Source: the human T2T-CHM13v2.0 reference genome, Homo sapiens
Assembly (NCBI GenBank): GCA_009914755.4
Contig: CP086569.2
Span: forward strand, 7,264,001 to 7,328,000
Reading direction: 5' to 3'
Length of the DNA stretch: 64,000 nt
The first letter of the stretch is position 1. Every line of letters starts with the position of its first letter. Of the stretch, positions 1-12,948 are shown one piece after another. A program made the translations under genes and the position numbers. The notes beneath the pieces were generated by a model, which was given only the letters and a program-made list of their open reading frames with translations, did not search any database and had not been told where the DNA came from.

Positions 1-1164
1 AATACCCAAAATGAAGAATGATGATGAATTGAGCACTGATATTAAAAAGATTAAAAATGGTGCAACTTTTTATAAGCAAATTAGATCTATGTTTTAAGAA
101 CTTTATATGAAGTCTTACATGTATCTGCATTATACTCAGAGGTATAAATAAATCGTTAACTTCTTTATTATGTCTTCAAGTTACCTGATGTTCCTCCTGA
201 GCATCTCGAACCTCAAGATAGGGAAAAATTGTATTCAATAAATCAAGTAAATACATAACAATGACTGTGTATTAACAAAAAATTAAAAATAAAAAAGAAA
301 TCAAGTTGTCTTAGTTCAATGCAATAACAAAAATAGTCACTTAAGCACAACACTCAAATGCTGAGTTTTCTCATTTCACTTCTTTCTTTTCTTATCCAAG
401 ATGGTATCTCATGTATGAGATGAACTTTACTAATAATACAGGCAAATGGGGAGATGTTGGTTGAGAGTGTATTGAATCTATAGGTAAATTTAGGAAAATT
501 TTAAATCTTAAAAATATTGCTTTTAATCTGTGAACATGTTATATTTCTCCTATTATTAAATAATTTTTAATTTATCTCAATAATGTAGTTTTGGTAAAAC
601 ATCTTGTAATTACATTTAAATCTATATATTACACAATTTGCATAAGAATATAAATTCCATATTTTTAGAAATTTATTTTTGAAATTTTCTTTACTGTTAT
701 AGAGAAATGAAATGGGGGATGACCTCCACTTTTCCCATTTTACTGTAAGTCTTTGAGTAAAGGAGTGACTCCTCAACCTTATTGTATCCACAACACTAAA
801 CAGGATATGTAAGCCAAATAAAATTTTGTTGAATAAAAGACATAACACTTTATGGGTCCACATATACATATGCATCCAGAAAACTCACTTCTGCATTTTG
901 TGTCTGCTCCTTCTTGTGACTTTAAACAGTAAGTCCTCAGCAACAGCGTCTTCTCATCCTAAAATGGATATGATATGTCCCAAATGCATAATGCTAAATT
1001 ATTTGATCATAAATTGGGAGTCTCCACTCTCAATCCTAAAGACAAGCATTATCTCCAATACCAAACACTTGAAAAAAGTGTAATGAGATTACATTTAGAT
1101 ATTGTTCAGAAGCCAAAACCACAAATAAGGCAACAATTCTCAAAGTTTAATTTTCTCAAAAAGG

Positions 1165-3683
1165 TTCTTTTTAAAAAATTATTATTATACTTTAAGTTCT
1201 GGGGCACATGTGCAAAACATGCAGGTTTGTTACATAGGTATACACCTGTCATGATGGCTTGCTGCACCCATCATCCCATCATCTACATTAGGCATTTTTC
1301 CTAATGCTATCCCTCCCCTATACCCTGCCACCAACAGGCCCCAGTATGTAATGTTCCCCTCCCTGTATCCGTATGTTCTCATTGTTCAACTCCCACTTAT
1401 GAGTGAGAACATGTGGTGTTTGGTTTTCTGTTCTTGTGTTATTTTGCTGAGAATGTTGGTTTCCAGCTTCATCCATGTCCCTGCAAAGGACATAAACTCA
1501 TCATTTTTATGACTGCACAGTATTCCATGGTGTATATATGCCATATTTTCTTCATCCAGTCTAAAATTGATGGGCATTTTTGTTGGTTGCAAGTCTTTGC
1601 TATTGTGAACAGTGCCATAATAAAATACATGTGCATGTGTCTTTATAATAGAATGATTTATAATCCTTTGGGTATCTACCCAGTAATGGGATTGCTGGGT
1701 CAAATGGTATTTCCACTTCTACATCATTGAGGAATTGACACACTGTCTTCCACAATGGTTGAACTAATTTACACTCCTATCAACAGTGAAAAAGCATTCC
1801 TATTTCTCCACATCCTTTCCAGCATCTGTTGTTTCCTGACTTTTTAGTGATCACCATTCTAACTGGCATGAGATGGTATCTCATTGTGGTTTTGATTTGC
1901 ATTACTCTAATGATCAGTGATGATTAGCTTTTCTTCCCATGATTGTTGGCTGCATAAGTGTCTTCTTTTGACTAGCGTCTGTTCATATCCTTCCCTCACT
2001 TTTTGATGAGTTTTTTTTTTTTCTCACAAATTTGTTTAAGTTTTTTGTAGATCCTGGGTATTAGTTCTTTGTCAGATGGATATATTGCAAAAATGTTCTC
2101 CCATTCTGCAGGTTGCCTGTTCAATCTGATGATAGTTGCTTTTGCTGTGCAGAAGATCTTTTATTTAATTAGATCTCATTTGTCAAATTTGTCTTTTGTT
2201 GCCATTGCTTTTGGTGATCTAGTAATAAAGTTTTTGCCCATGCCTGTGTCCTGAATGGTATTGCCTTGATTTTCTTCGGGGGTTTTTATGGTTTTAGGTC
2301 TTACGTTTAAGTCTAATCCATCTTGAGTTAATTTTTGTATAAGGTGTAAGGAAGGGGTTGTTACAATTTTCTGCATATGGCTAGCCAGTTTTCCCACATT
2401 TATTAAATAGGGAATCCTCTCCACATTGATTTGTTTCATCAGGTTTGTCGAAGATCAGATATTTGTAGATATTAGATATTTGTGGTGTTATTTCCGAGGT
2501 CTCTGATCTGTTGCATTGGTATATATGTATATGTTTGGTACGAGTACCATGCTGTTTTGGTTACTGCAGCCTTGTAGTATAGTTTAAATTGAGTTACCAT
2601 GATGCCTCCAGCTTTGTTCTTTTTGCTTAGGATTGTCATGGCTATGTGGGCTCTTTTTTGGTTCCATGGGAAATTTAAAGTAGTTTTTCTAATTCTGTGA
2701 AGAAAGCCAACAGTAGCTTGATGGGGATAGCTTTGAATCTATAAATTACTATGGCAGTATGGACATTTTGACAATATTGATTCTTCCTATCCATGAGCAT
2801 GGAATGTTTTTCCATGTGTGTGTGTTCTCTCTTATTTCTTGGAGTGGTGGTTTGTAGTCCTTCTTGAAGAGGTCCTTCACATCCCTTGTAAGTTGTATTT
2901 GTAGGGATTTTCTTCTCTTGGTGGCAATTGTGAATGGGAGTTCACTCACCATTTGGCCCTCTATTATTTGGGTATAGGAATGTTTGTGATTTTTGCACAT
3001 TGATTTTGTACTCTGAGAGTTTGTTGACGTTGCTTCTCAGCTTAAGGAGATTGTGGGCTTAGACGATGGGGTTTTCTAAATACGCAATCATGTTATCTGC
3101 AAACAGAGATAATTTGACTTCCTCTCTTACTGTTAGAATGCGCTTTATTTCTTTCCTCTGATTGCCCTCACCAGAACTTCCAATACTATGTTGAATAAGA
3201 GTGGTGAGAGGGGGCTTCCTTTTCTTTTGCAGGTTGTAAAATGGAATGCTTCCAGTATTTGCCTATTCAGTATGATATTGGCTGTGGGTTTGTGATAAAT
3301 AGCTCTTACTATTTGGAGATACTTTCCATCAAGACCTAGTTTACTGAGAATTTTTAGCATGAAGACGTGTTGAGTCTATTGACATATTTATGTGGTTTTT
3401 GTCATTGCTTCTGTTGATTTGATGAATTATGTTTATTCATTTGCCTATATTGAACCAGCCTTGCATCCCAGGGATGAAGCTGACTTGATTGTGGTGGATA
3501 AGCTTTTTGATGTGCTGCTGGATTCGTTTTGTCAGTATTTTATTGAGAATTTTTGCATCGATATTCATCTGGGATATTGGCCTGAACTTTTCTTTTTTCT
3601 TGTGTCTCTGCCAGGTTTTGGTATCAGGGTGGTGCTGACCTCATGAAGTAAATTAGGGAGGAGTCCCTCTTTTTCTATTGTTT

Positions 3684-3687
<4 letters not shown>
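1165..3687 (-). mobile_element. LINE-1 (L1PA/L1PB-type) 3' portion, antisense: ORF2 RT/C-terminal region plus 3'UTR, about 2.5 kb, 5'-truncated
   Basis: The + strand reads the reverse complement of the L1 3' end (ttattattatactttaagttctggggcacatgtgcaaaacatgcaggtttgttacataggtatacacctg...ctatccctcccc). Continuous L1 ORF2 antisense sequence follows (ccagttttcccacatttattaaataggg..., gggatgaagctgacttgattgtggtggataagc) up to the Alu poly-T at 3688. Confidence 0.85.
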
Positions 3688-3715
<28 letters not shown>

Positions 3716-4000
3716 GAGATTGAGTTTCACTCTGTTGCCCAGTCTGGACTGCAGGGGCATGATTTTGGCTCACTACAACCACTGCCTCCCAGGTTCAAGT
3801 GATTCTCCTCCCTCAGCCTCCAGAGCAACTAGAAATCCAGGTTCATGCCACCACATTCAGCTAATTTTTGTATTTTTGGTAGAGATGGTTTTTTGCCACG
3901 TTGGCCACGAGGGGGCTGGAACTCCTTACCTCAGGTGATCCACACACCTTGACCTCCCAAATTTCTGAGATTACAGGCATAAGCCATCGCGCCAGGCCGG
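3688..4000 (-). mobile_element. Alu SINE (antisense), inserted at or into the truncated L1
   Basis: Poly-T of 28 nt, then gagattgagtttcactctgttgcccagtctggactgcag...cctcccaaatttctgagattacaggcataagccatcgcgccaggccgg, which is a full Alu in reverse orientation. Confidence 0.9.
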
Positions 4001-4171
4001 TACTCTTGTTTCAACTGAAAGAAAGAAATGTGCTGTCATACTTTACTCCTGTGAGAAAGTCCAACAGAGAAGGAATCTAATAACATCCCAATTTCCAACT
4101 GATTTCAATAAACATTTTACATAATCTAAGAAATAGAAAGTGCGAACAAATTTGTCATGAGCATTAAAGTG

Positions 4172-4321
4172 AGCCAGCCTCCCAGCTACTCAGGAGGCTG
4201 AGGCAGGAGAGTGGCATGAACCCGGGAGGTGGAGCTTACAGTGAGCCCAGATTGTGCCAATACCCTCCAGCCTGGGTAACAGAGCGAGAATCCGTCTTAA
4301 AAAAAAAAAAAAAAAAAAAAA
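4172..4321 (+). mobile_element. Alu right-arm fragment with poly-A tail
   Basis: cctcccagctactcaggaggctgaggcaggagagtggcatgaacccgggaggtggagcttacagtgagcc...cagcctgggtaacagagcgagaatccgtctt followed by an A23 run. Confidence 0.8.
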
Positions 4322-5916
4322 GTGAGCTAGTTTCTATGTGCTAATTCAAATCAAAGATTTGGCCTCACTGGCCTAACTCCTTGGAATGAAGTATCTGCCA
4401 ACTGTCAAAAGTCAGGCTACATGAGCTTCAGAGGCCTGCAGAGACCTCTGAATGACTTTGCTATGGAGAAGAGTCACACTCTCCAGGGCCTCCTCTCTGC
4501 TAAGAGCTGAACACTCAACTGGAAAGCCTGCCTACAGAGAGGAGCAAACCGTTCCTTTGAACTGTACTAACACTGAACAAAATGTTTCTTCTTGTTCAAC
4601 ATTCACTTCTCTGCTACCTCATTCTACCTCATTCTTCCTGACACTGGACAAGATCTTGGACAAAGGAGTCACAGCCACAGACGTTTCTGGCTAGAAAAAA
4701 AAAAACAACAACCAACACTCTAGAGATCGGTAACAATAAAACAGAATTTCTAGTTCTCAAATTAAAAAAAATGAAGTTAAGATAATAGATAATACATTCA
4801 TTAGTTTACAAAAATAAAAACTAATAGTAGCATCCACTGTTGATGAAATTGTAGGTTCTAGAAGGAATGTGATTACTACAAGGTTTTCGGAAAGTAATTT
4901 GGTATTTAAATAGTTATAATTTTATTTAATATTACATAAATTTAGTATTTAAATAATTTCAATACATGGTACTTACAGCACTTGGCCCAGTTTTCACATT
5001 TTGTACCACTTATTAAATACAAATAAAATTACCAGGATTAAAAGATAAATATGCCATCATGTTTATTGTATCATTGTTATTAATACTAAAGATTTGGAAT
5101 TATAGAATTTTTCTCAAAATTAGAAAGATTAAATGGTACATCCATTGAAACCTTGGTATAAATATAATATTGATTATTATGTAACTATTAATGCAAATAA
5201 GATTGATATATGTGTTCCTTTGGAAGAAAATCTAAAATATATATTTTAGCAAAAGCGAATTATACAATATGCATGTATTGTGTGTGTACATGGATGTATG
5301 TATAGCAGTTTCACTTTCATAAACATGAACATAATCTTTGCAAATGTTTTATATGCAAAATTAACTTCGTGAAAATTATTGCCAAACTGCTGTTGGTGCT
5401 TATATTTGAAACTGGAAGAAGAAAAGAAGTTTATTAATTTATTTTCCACACATCTACTTATTTTCAAATGTTACAATGATTAATTTTTTGTAAGAGCACT
5501 GAGAAACCAACAAGCACTTCTAGTTTTTAATTTTACAGTAAAATGTAATTTCATTGGTATGCTTACAACAATATTGTGAGTATTAATATATGTTTTTACT
5601 TATAAAAAATTGAGTTTCATAAAGGTTAAATGACATATATAATGACACATATCAGAAAGTGCTAGTGCCACGACTCAAAAACTATTCTATTTGTGGTTCC
5701 AATTCATATACTTTCCAATTTATCTCATTATTTCTTGACTGTGTGTATGTAAATGTGTGTGTAAATGTTGAATTTTTCAGATGAATAAATTTGTGTAACA
5801 AATTGGATATAGATTAATTCAGTTCATGTTTTTTGATGTGCAGACCAAGGAATTGAGTAAAAGCCATATATCTCAGAGAATCACAAAGGTGAGAGAAATC
5901 GTACCAGTTTCACAAC

Positions 5917-5939
5917 TTTTTTTTTTTTTTTTTTTTTTT
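5917..5939. repeat. (T)23 homopolymer
   Basis: Uninterrupted T run seen directly. Confidence 0.9.
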
Positions 5940-7374
5940 GTAGAGAAAACCTGGGACCAAGTAGGGATGATTTTTCAGCTTACTGTAGTAAAAAACAAGA
6001 GCTTTGCATTCAGGCAGTAGCAGCATCTGTTTCCAACTGAGTCTTTTACTAATAGTGGCATGCACTGCTAAATATCCAAACGCCACTATCAACCACTCAA
6101 GACAAAACACCAAAGATTTATCCTCAATTTCTTCCTTCCTTAAAACTTTACATCAAATCCATAATTAAGTCTGCTAAACTTAGTTTCAGAATATTCCCAG
6201 TCAGACTATATTCTGCTCTCAATATCCACTGTAAATCCAAGCCACCATTATATTTTGCTTCATCTACTGCAATAGCTTCCCTAAAATTAACACTTTCTTA
6301 CTTTTGCCTTCTTATATTTATTCTCTGTAATATTCCCTTTTAAAAATATATATCTTATATTAAGTCATTCTTCTTAAGGGATGTTTGTGGAGGATATGTC
6401 GCAGAAAGAAACTACTCGCTTTACCAGCATCCAAGATGAGGCTCATGTCCAGTGCTCTAGCCTCATATCTCAGGCCCACCCCTTATTCCAGAGTAAATAG
6501 TATTTTATTCAAGTTGCCCATATTTTCAAGTTCTGTCTTGGTTCAGAGCTTTCTCCCTTTGCTTTTTCCCATACTGTTTTCTGTTAGTCTTCTCAGAGCT
6601 GACACTTTCTTCTTTTCAGGTCTTAGATTACGCTTTATTTTCTCACAGCTCTGGACATCAGAATTGTGAAATGGGTTCAGCAAACTATAATCAAAGTGTA
6701 GGCATGGCTGCATTTCTTCTAGAGTCTCTACGAGAGAGTCCATTCCCTTTTTTTTTTTTCTAGCATCTAGAAGTCATACTGCCCACCACATTCTTGAACA
6801 CTGACCTTATTGCCTTCTCCAAGTCTTACTAAAAACATCTACTTTTGAAATTTCTCAGATATTGAATTATCTCTGCTGATACAGCCTTTTTATCTTTTCT
6901 TTTAAGTCCTTGAACACAATTTTAAGAAATGTTTTAAGGCCCTTGTGTGTGAATTCCAACATTTGGGTCATGCAAGAGTCTGATTTCTTATTTATCTCTC
7001 CTATGTCAATATGCTCCTGTTTCTTTATACATGTAATAACATTTTTCTGTGAACTGCAGTTGCATGTTTAGATAAGGGATTTGTTTTCTTTCTCTGAAGA
7101 AGGTTGGCATTTGCTCTATCAGAAATTGTTGGCTAGTGATATTGATGTTGTAGAACCTTTGTCTTATTCTTTACTGGGATGAGACTGTTTGGATTTTATC
7201 CTTATTCTCATTGTGAACTCTTTATTCTTAGCATCCAGATTTTCTTCCTAAAGTGTATCCTTTCTGCAATTTCAATAGGAAGCCAAAGGTTTTTGTCTAC
7301 TCTCTCTATCTTAGTAGGACTCAAACTCCACTACCCTGACTAGAACTACCAGTAGTTTGAGTTTTCTAACAGGT

Positions 7375-7990
7375 GTTGCCTCTCACAAGAGGGCATTAGC
7401 TGTGGGCGTCTGCCTGCAGACCCTGGCCCAAACAACAGATGAATAAAATGTACACTGACACACAGGTATTCTGTTTTGCTAGTCCTGCTGTGTCTGACTG
7501 CCTGCACACCAAGACAGGTTTGTCACTGCAGCAGACCCTGAGCAGCTAGCACTCCAGGCATTTATTTAGTATACAATTACCAACAGAAGCTTTGAGTAAT
7601 TACACTTGAGGATAATGAACTTGGTTAAGACAGTAGTTCTATGAATGATTAAAGCTCAGGTACTGTAGTCTAAGTGAATACCATTAGGGGACAATATCCT
7701 TGGTCCACCTCCCCCTGAGAGGGCCATTTGGTACAAAGGTTAGTTAATGGAGGTAGGATAAACAGACTTAACTGGGGAAGCCTCAATTGTCCCTTGTATT
7801 TACCCTATGACATAATGTTCCAAGGTAAGAACTAGCTGCCTTCAATCTGTTCAATTATTACAAGCTAGGTAACCTTTTGGCCTTACGAAAGGTTTGTGAC
7901 TATTCCCTAGAACTTCCCCTAATATTTCCCTTTACTATTTCTGCCACCATCCTGAGTGAATCCCAACATTTCCCCATTTTTGTTTTCTTT
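7375..7990 (-). mobile_element. Putative 3' LTR of the HERV-K-like provirus (about 0.6 kb, HML-type; subfamily unassigned)
   Basis: Lies downstream of the env TM membrane anchor (LLIMLMFVLCYLLILGCKV*). It contains an AATAAA signal (ctaaataaatgcctgg, minus sense) and ends ...cctcttgtgagaggcaaCA. Boundaries are approximate, and no matching 5' LTR was found. Confidence 0.45.
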
Positions 7991-8118
7991 ATTAGGGTTT
8001 TTTGATTGCAGAGCACAGATATGTGCAGCCACAGGATTTTCAGATGAGGCAGTCACTGCTCTTATTTAGACTTTGCATCCTAGGATTAGCAAATAACATA
8101 AGACAAACATGAGCATAA

Positions 8119-8795
8119 TTAGCAAAAATCTTTTCCAGTCAAAGAGTATCCCCCAGGAGTTAGGGTCCAAGTAGGAGAGATGATCTTGTACTCCCTTCCA
8201 CATGGCTGTTGGGTGTGCAGATCTGTGGTGTGAACAGATTTTAAAATTTTAGTTTTAACTTGCTTCATGTCTGCAGTTAAACTGTTATAAAAGGTTCCCC
8301 AGAGGTGTTGTTTCACCTCACCCTAGCTATACATTAATTGGTTCCATGGTAGAGAAGTGACACAGGTATGTTTATGTTGCCATTCACATTTTCACTGTTG
8401 ACAGAATGCTAGTGCATCTTGTGGCTCTCCCGCATACTCTTTCCTTACTGTAGGAGAAGTTCATCACATATATTTTTGGCCAGATTATCTACAAAAGCAG
8501 TTGTTTGTACTGATTCAGTAATAGATACAACAGCAATGCTAACAGTTGCCATAATGTCTATGGCTGAGCCTGTAAAGACCATAAGTGTAAATGTGAATCT
8601 TTTGTGTCTGACCTGGGACAGGGCACTTTCTAAGGTGGCAAGGGCAGAAGAATCTTGCCAATTGCATGTCAAATTGGCTGGTAGAAGTGCCTCAGATTGT
8701 CTCCTTAATACCACGACACTGGAAGTTTTTAAACTAGACATATCATGACCAGTGATACATGAGGCAAACCAAGCCTGTCCCTGCACCCGGGTCAC
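8119..8795 (-). pseudogene. Retroviral env remnant: SU C-terminus, furin site and TM ectodomain (HERV-K-like)
   Basis: ORF 8445-8795 gives ...SQVRHKRFTFTLMVFTGSAIDIMATVSIAVVSITESVQTTAFVDNLAKNICDELLLQ. This compares with HERV-K [46 protein letters not shown]. Downstream frames continue TM-like sequence (KCEWQ..., PTWTLTPGG) with stops and frameshifts. Confidence 0.7.
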
Positions 8796-9594
8796 AAATG
8801 TGGCATTTCCAGGTGTAATGGAAATGTTAGTTCCTGTAAGGAAAACATATGGATGGGTAGTGCAAACCAGGCACTGATCAGTGTGAGTATGAATAAAGGC
8901 TATAGTGTAGTTGAGCCTGGAATTATGATATCTCCCATAGCAGGTGTTAAGAGAGGTGCTAAGATGTCCCAGGTGCCATAAGGTGCCTTGGGTTGGTATG
9001 GGGTTTACTCAGGGTCTGGGGATATCCCATCCCTCCATCGGCCCAAATTACAGGGGAACGAGACATGGCTATAAAATATTGTGGTTAATGCTACGATGCA
9101 GAAAGACATTTGTAAGCGTGCCCTGCAGTTGGCCATGGAGACTCCACTCTAAGATGTTTTAATTGCCCAACCAGAGACTATGAGACTTCCCAGCTAAAGT
9201 GAAATCCATTATTTTCTTGGCTCTGTTCTTTAGTACGGGAAGGAATATTTGGGAAAGCAGCATGGATTGCATTGCCCAGTTTGAGGTTATCTGTAGCTAA
9301 AACTGTTAAGGCACTTTTTTTGCCATGATGTACCCATACTTGTCTTGGAGCAGTTACACAGTAAGGGTTAGAGCCTTTATAACTTAGAAGCGGTGAGAGG
9401 ATAGTGTAGTGCTATATAGTGTTATCTGGCACCTTAGGGAAATGTGTGTTATTATTGAGGGACCCTACTTGGTGTAAATCTATCCGTCCTAGCCAAGCAG
9501 TCATGTTGTTACAGAGTGGGAAGGGAGTTATCTGCCCAGGTGACAGGGTGAAAGAAAAGTGGGCCATTTTAGGCTCATATTTAGGGCTCATATT

Positions 9595-9825
9595 TTAATG
9601 AGCCCAATAGAGTGTAGCAGGTACAGTTTGCAGGCAAAGCGAGAGTATAAAAATGATCAATACCCTATGTGAGTCGCATTGTACAATAGATAGCATAGAA
9701 AGAAACAAAATAACTGGAGTAAATGGTGCCTGTGTCTGGAGCAGGATTTGTTCAGCCTCCTCTGGAACTGTGGGTCTTACTGGGTTAACTCTTTCAATTC
9801 CGGTACTAGATTGGACCCTAGCCAT
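9595..9825 (-). pseudogene. env SU remnant (degenerate)
   Basis: Minus ORFs lie between the LTR12 insertion and the SU/TM junction, in the position expected for env SU. There is no strong motif. Confidence 0.4.
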
Positions 9826-9930
9826 GCCATGTTATGGTTGGTGCCTCGTGCTGGAATCCAAAGAGGACTTGAGGGGGTGTAAACACAAGCCTACCCTCTC
9901 CCCCATGTTAATAATTCATTAAGACCACAC

Positions 9931-11482
9931 TGTGTCCAGAATTGGTGGGTTCTTGGTCTCACTGACTTCAAGAATGAAGCCACGGACCCTCGCGGTGAGT
10001 GTTGCAGCTCTTAAGGTGGCGCGTCTGGAGTCTGTCCCTTCTGATGTTCAGATGTGTTCGGAGTTTCTTCCTTCTGGTGGGTTCGTGATCTTGCTGGATC
10101 AGGCGTGAAGCTGCAGACCTTCACGGTGAGTGTTACAGCTCTTAAGGTAGCGCGTCTGGAGTTGTTGGTTCCTCCCGGTGGGCTCGTGGTCTTGCCAGGC
10201 TCAGGAGTGAAGCTGTAGATCTTCGCAGTGAGTGTTACAGCTCATAAAAGCAGCGTGGACACAAAGAGTGAGCAGTAACAAGATTTATTGCAAAGAGCGA
10301 AAGAACAAAGCTTCCACAGTGTGGAAGGGGACCCGAGCAGGTTGCCAATGCTGGCTCCGGAGGCAGCCTGCTTTTATTCTCTTATCTGGCCCCACCCACA
10401 TCCTGCTGATTGGTAGAGCCGAGTGGCCTGTTTTGTCAGGGTGCTGATTGGTGCATTTACAATCCCTGAGCTAGATACAAAGGTTCTCCACGTCCCCATC
10501 AGATTAGTTAGATACAGAGTTTTGTCACACAGGTTCTCCAAGGCCCCACCAGAGCAGCTAGATACAGAGTGTTGACTGGTGCACTCACAAACCTTGAGCT
10601 AAACACAGAGTGCTGACTGGTGTATTTACAATCCTAGAGCTAGATACAGAGTGCCGATTGGTGTATTTACAATCCCTGAGCTAGACATAAAGGTTCTCCA
10701 CGTCCTCACCAGAGCAGCTAGATACAGAGTGTTGATTGGTGCACTCACAAACCTTGAGCTAAACACAGGGTGCTGATTGGTGTATTTACAATCCCTGAGC
10801 TAGATATAAAGGCTCTCCATGTCCCCACCAGACTCAGGAGCCCAGCTGGCTTCACCTAGTGGATCCCACACCGGGGCTGCAGGTGGAGCTGCCTGCCAGT
10901 CCTGTGCCGTGCGCTCACATTCCTCAGCCCTTGGGTGGTCGATGGGACTGGGTGCCGTGGAGCAGGGGGTGGTGCTCATCGGGGAGGCTCGGGCCGCACA
11001 GGAGCCCATGGAGTGGGTGGGAGGCTCAGGCATGGCGGGCTGCAGGTCCCGAGCCCTGCCCCATGGGAAGGCAGGTAAGGCCCGGCGAGAAATCAAGCGC
11101 AGTGCCGGTGAGCCAGCCCGGCTGGGGCACTCAGTACACCCTCCGCAGCCACTGGCTCGGGTGCTAAGTCCCCCATTGCCTGGGGCCAGCAGGGCTGGCC
11201 GGCTGCTCCGAGTGTGGGGCCCACCAAGCCCACGCCCACCCGGAACCCCAGCTGGCCCGCAAGCACGGCACACAGCCCCGGTTCCCGCTCGTGCGTCTCC
11301 CTCCACACCTCCCTGCAAGCTGAGGTAGTGGGCTCCGGCCTTGGCCAGCCTGGAAAGGGACTCCCACAGTGAAGTGGGGGACTGAAGGGCTCCTCAAATG
11401 CCACCAAAGTGGGAGCCCAGGCAGGGGAGGTGCCGAGAGCAAGCGAGGGCTCTGAGGACTGCCAGCACGCTCTCACCTCTCA
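9931..11482 (-). mobile_element. Solo LTR12 (ERV9 LTR), about 1.55 kb, inserted into the HERV-K-like provirus near the pol/env junction
   Basis: The + strand is the reverse complement of the LTR12 consensus. It begins tgtgtccagaattggtgggttcttggtctcactgacttcaagaatgaagcc (rc of ...gagaccaagaacccaccaattccggacaca). It shows the U5 repeats gtgagtgttacagctcttaaggtagcgcgtctggag, the tandem CCAAT-containing U3 subrepeats, and ends gccagcacgctctcacctctca (rc of TGAGAGGTGAGAGCGTGCTGGC). It has TG..CA termini and ACAC flanks on both sides (4-bp TSD). Confidence 0.9.
10440..10810 (-). promoter_or_regulatory. LTR12 U3 enhancer: tandem subrepeats of about 40 bp carrying CCAAT (ATTGG) boxes
   Basis: About 9 repeats of gattggtg(c/t)atttacaatccctgagctagatacaaaggttctcca / gctagatacagagtgttgactggtgcactcacaaaccttgagctaaacaca. 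The ERV9 U3 repeat region is known to bind NF-Y. Confidence 0.7.
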
Positions 11483-11827
11483 ACACCATTCATTACTGTT
11501 TACATCTTTCCATAAAACTGCAGGTTTTATGCCTTGAGAGGTTTTAGCAAAGTGCTTTTCTACAACTGATTGAAATTTGTCATCTGAATTTAAAACATTA
11601 AGGGTAAATAAGGCCTGTGCCAGTAGTGTTGCAGCGTGCTTACTTATATTACCCTGTCTCTGTTATTAGTGCACATTTTTAAGGGTGAAGTGTCTGTGTT
11701 CTACTATTGCCTATCCTTGGGGGTTATATGGGATGCCTGTGGAATGTTGGAGTTTCCACCTGTGACAAAATTGTTGAAATCGTGAGCTGGTATAAGCTGG
11801 ACCATTAAAAGTGTTCATTTTTGTGGG

Positions 11828-12022
11828 TCATCCCATAAATGCAAAAGTTAAAAGAAGATGTTTAATGACATATTGAGTAGGCTCTCCAGGCAAAGCATGT
11901 GCACTGATTAAATGACTGTTGGTATCAATGGATATATGCACATATCTTAGTTTCCCAAATTCAGGGATGTCTGTAACATCTGTTTGCCACAACTGATTAG
12001 GTTCGAATCCTGTAGGGTTCAC
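11828..12022 (-). pseudogene. pol integrase catalytic core remnant
   Basis: [56 protein letters not shown], which carries the D,D(35)E core residues and matches the HERV-K IN pattern. Confidence 0.85.
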
Positions 12023-12486
12023 ACCTGTAGAAGGAGGGGGCGTGCCTGTGCGCTGGAAATCTGGGCATTGTAGGATAATTTGTTTAGCTAGCCTCTGGGT
12101 AAGTTGAAAATGGTTTAGATAAATTTCTCCAATTTTGGTGGAAAAATTGATGTGATTGGGTGGCTTGGTCTAGCAGTGATGTCATAACCTGAAGGTCTGC
12201 TTGTTCGTTGCCATAAGCCAATGGGCCAGGGAGTGGGCTGTGGGCTCGAATGTGTGTAGTAAAAATAGGATGTGAACATTAGTCTAGAATTGTTTAAGTC
12301 AGAGAAAAAGAGTAAACAGAGCTGGCTCCAGAGTGGACTTAATCAGTGCTGTTTCAAAGTTTTGTAACAAATAAACAGAGTATGCAGAATCACCTAACTA
12401 TATTTATGGGCTGAGTGGAAAAAGTTTCTAAGGCCAACCAAACTCAGAGCCCCAGTTGCAGCTCTCTGCATGCTAGTAAACCCAGT

Positions 12487-12948
12487 TCAAGTGATTGAAT
12501 AGTGTGGTCTCCTCCAGACTGCCACTTTTCCATGTTTAGCAGACCCCTCAGTAAACAGTGTTAAAGGATTAGGCATGGGGGTGTAAATTATTTTTATAGG
12601 CATTATTATCAGAGTGTGAGATAAGAAATGAAGGACTTCATCAGTAGGGAGGATGTGCTCTATTTGCCCTGTGTAATCAGAGAAAGCTATTTGCAGGTCT
12701 ATTGCCAAAGGTAATACTGCTTCAAATTGCTTTTTACTTAAAGGAATCCTGATGACATCAGGGTCATAACCTAGTAACTGACTGCAATGTTTGCAACCTG
12801 AATAGATGACTTTAGTAATTAAGTGAATATAGAGAGACAGTGTTTTACTTCCAGTATGTGAACAAAAAACCCATTTTAGGAAATGTAGCCCAGGGGTCAT
12901 TTGTCCTAGTAACCCTGTAGGGGAGTGTTTGTTGGGAAATACAAACAA
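12487..12948 (-). pseudogene. pol RNase H / RT C-terminal remnant
   Basis: ...PNPLTLFTEGSAKHGKVAVWRRP (RNase H TDGS motif region), in the correct position between RT and IN. Confidence 0.7.

Noticed and set aside
7990-8200. I first took tgtggaagggagtacaagatc (minus sense, about 8195) to be the start of the 3' LTR
   Set aside because: Translation shows the env TM ectodomain and membrane anchor (PTWTLTPGG..., LLIMLMFVLCYLLILGCKV*) continuing through this region to about 8000. The LTR therefore starts further downstream.
10440-10810. Regular tandem repeats of about 40 bp with spacer-like variation, which look CRISPR-like at a glance
   Set aside because: These are the well-known ERV9/LTR12 U3 enhancer subrepeats with CCAAT boxes, sitting in a eukaryotic retroelement. 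The units are imperfect and directly adjacent with no spacers. There is no leader and there are no cas genes.
10800-11476. Long overlapping ORFs (169-172 aa on both strands; 127 aa) that look like a GC-rich gene
   Set aside because: They lie entirely inside the LTR12 U3/R region. They have high GC and are open in several frames simultaneously, which is a hallmark of non-coding GC-rich sequence. Their translations are low-complexity and match no protein.
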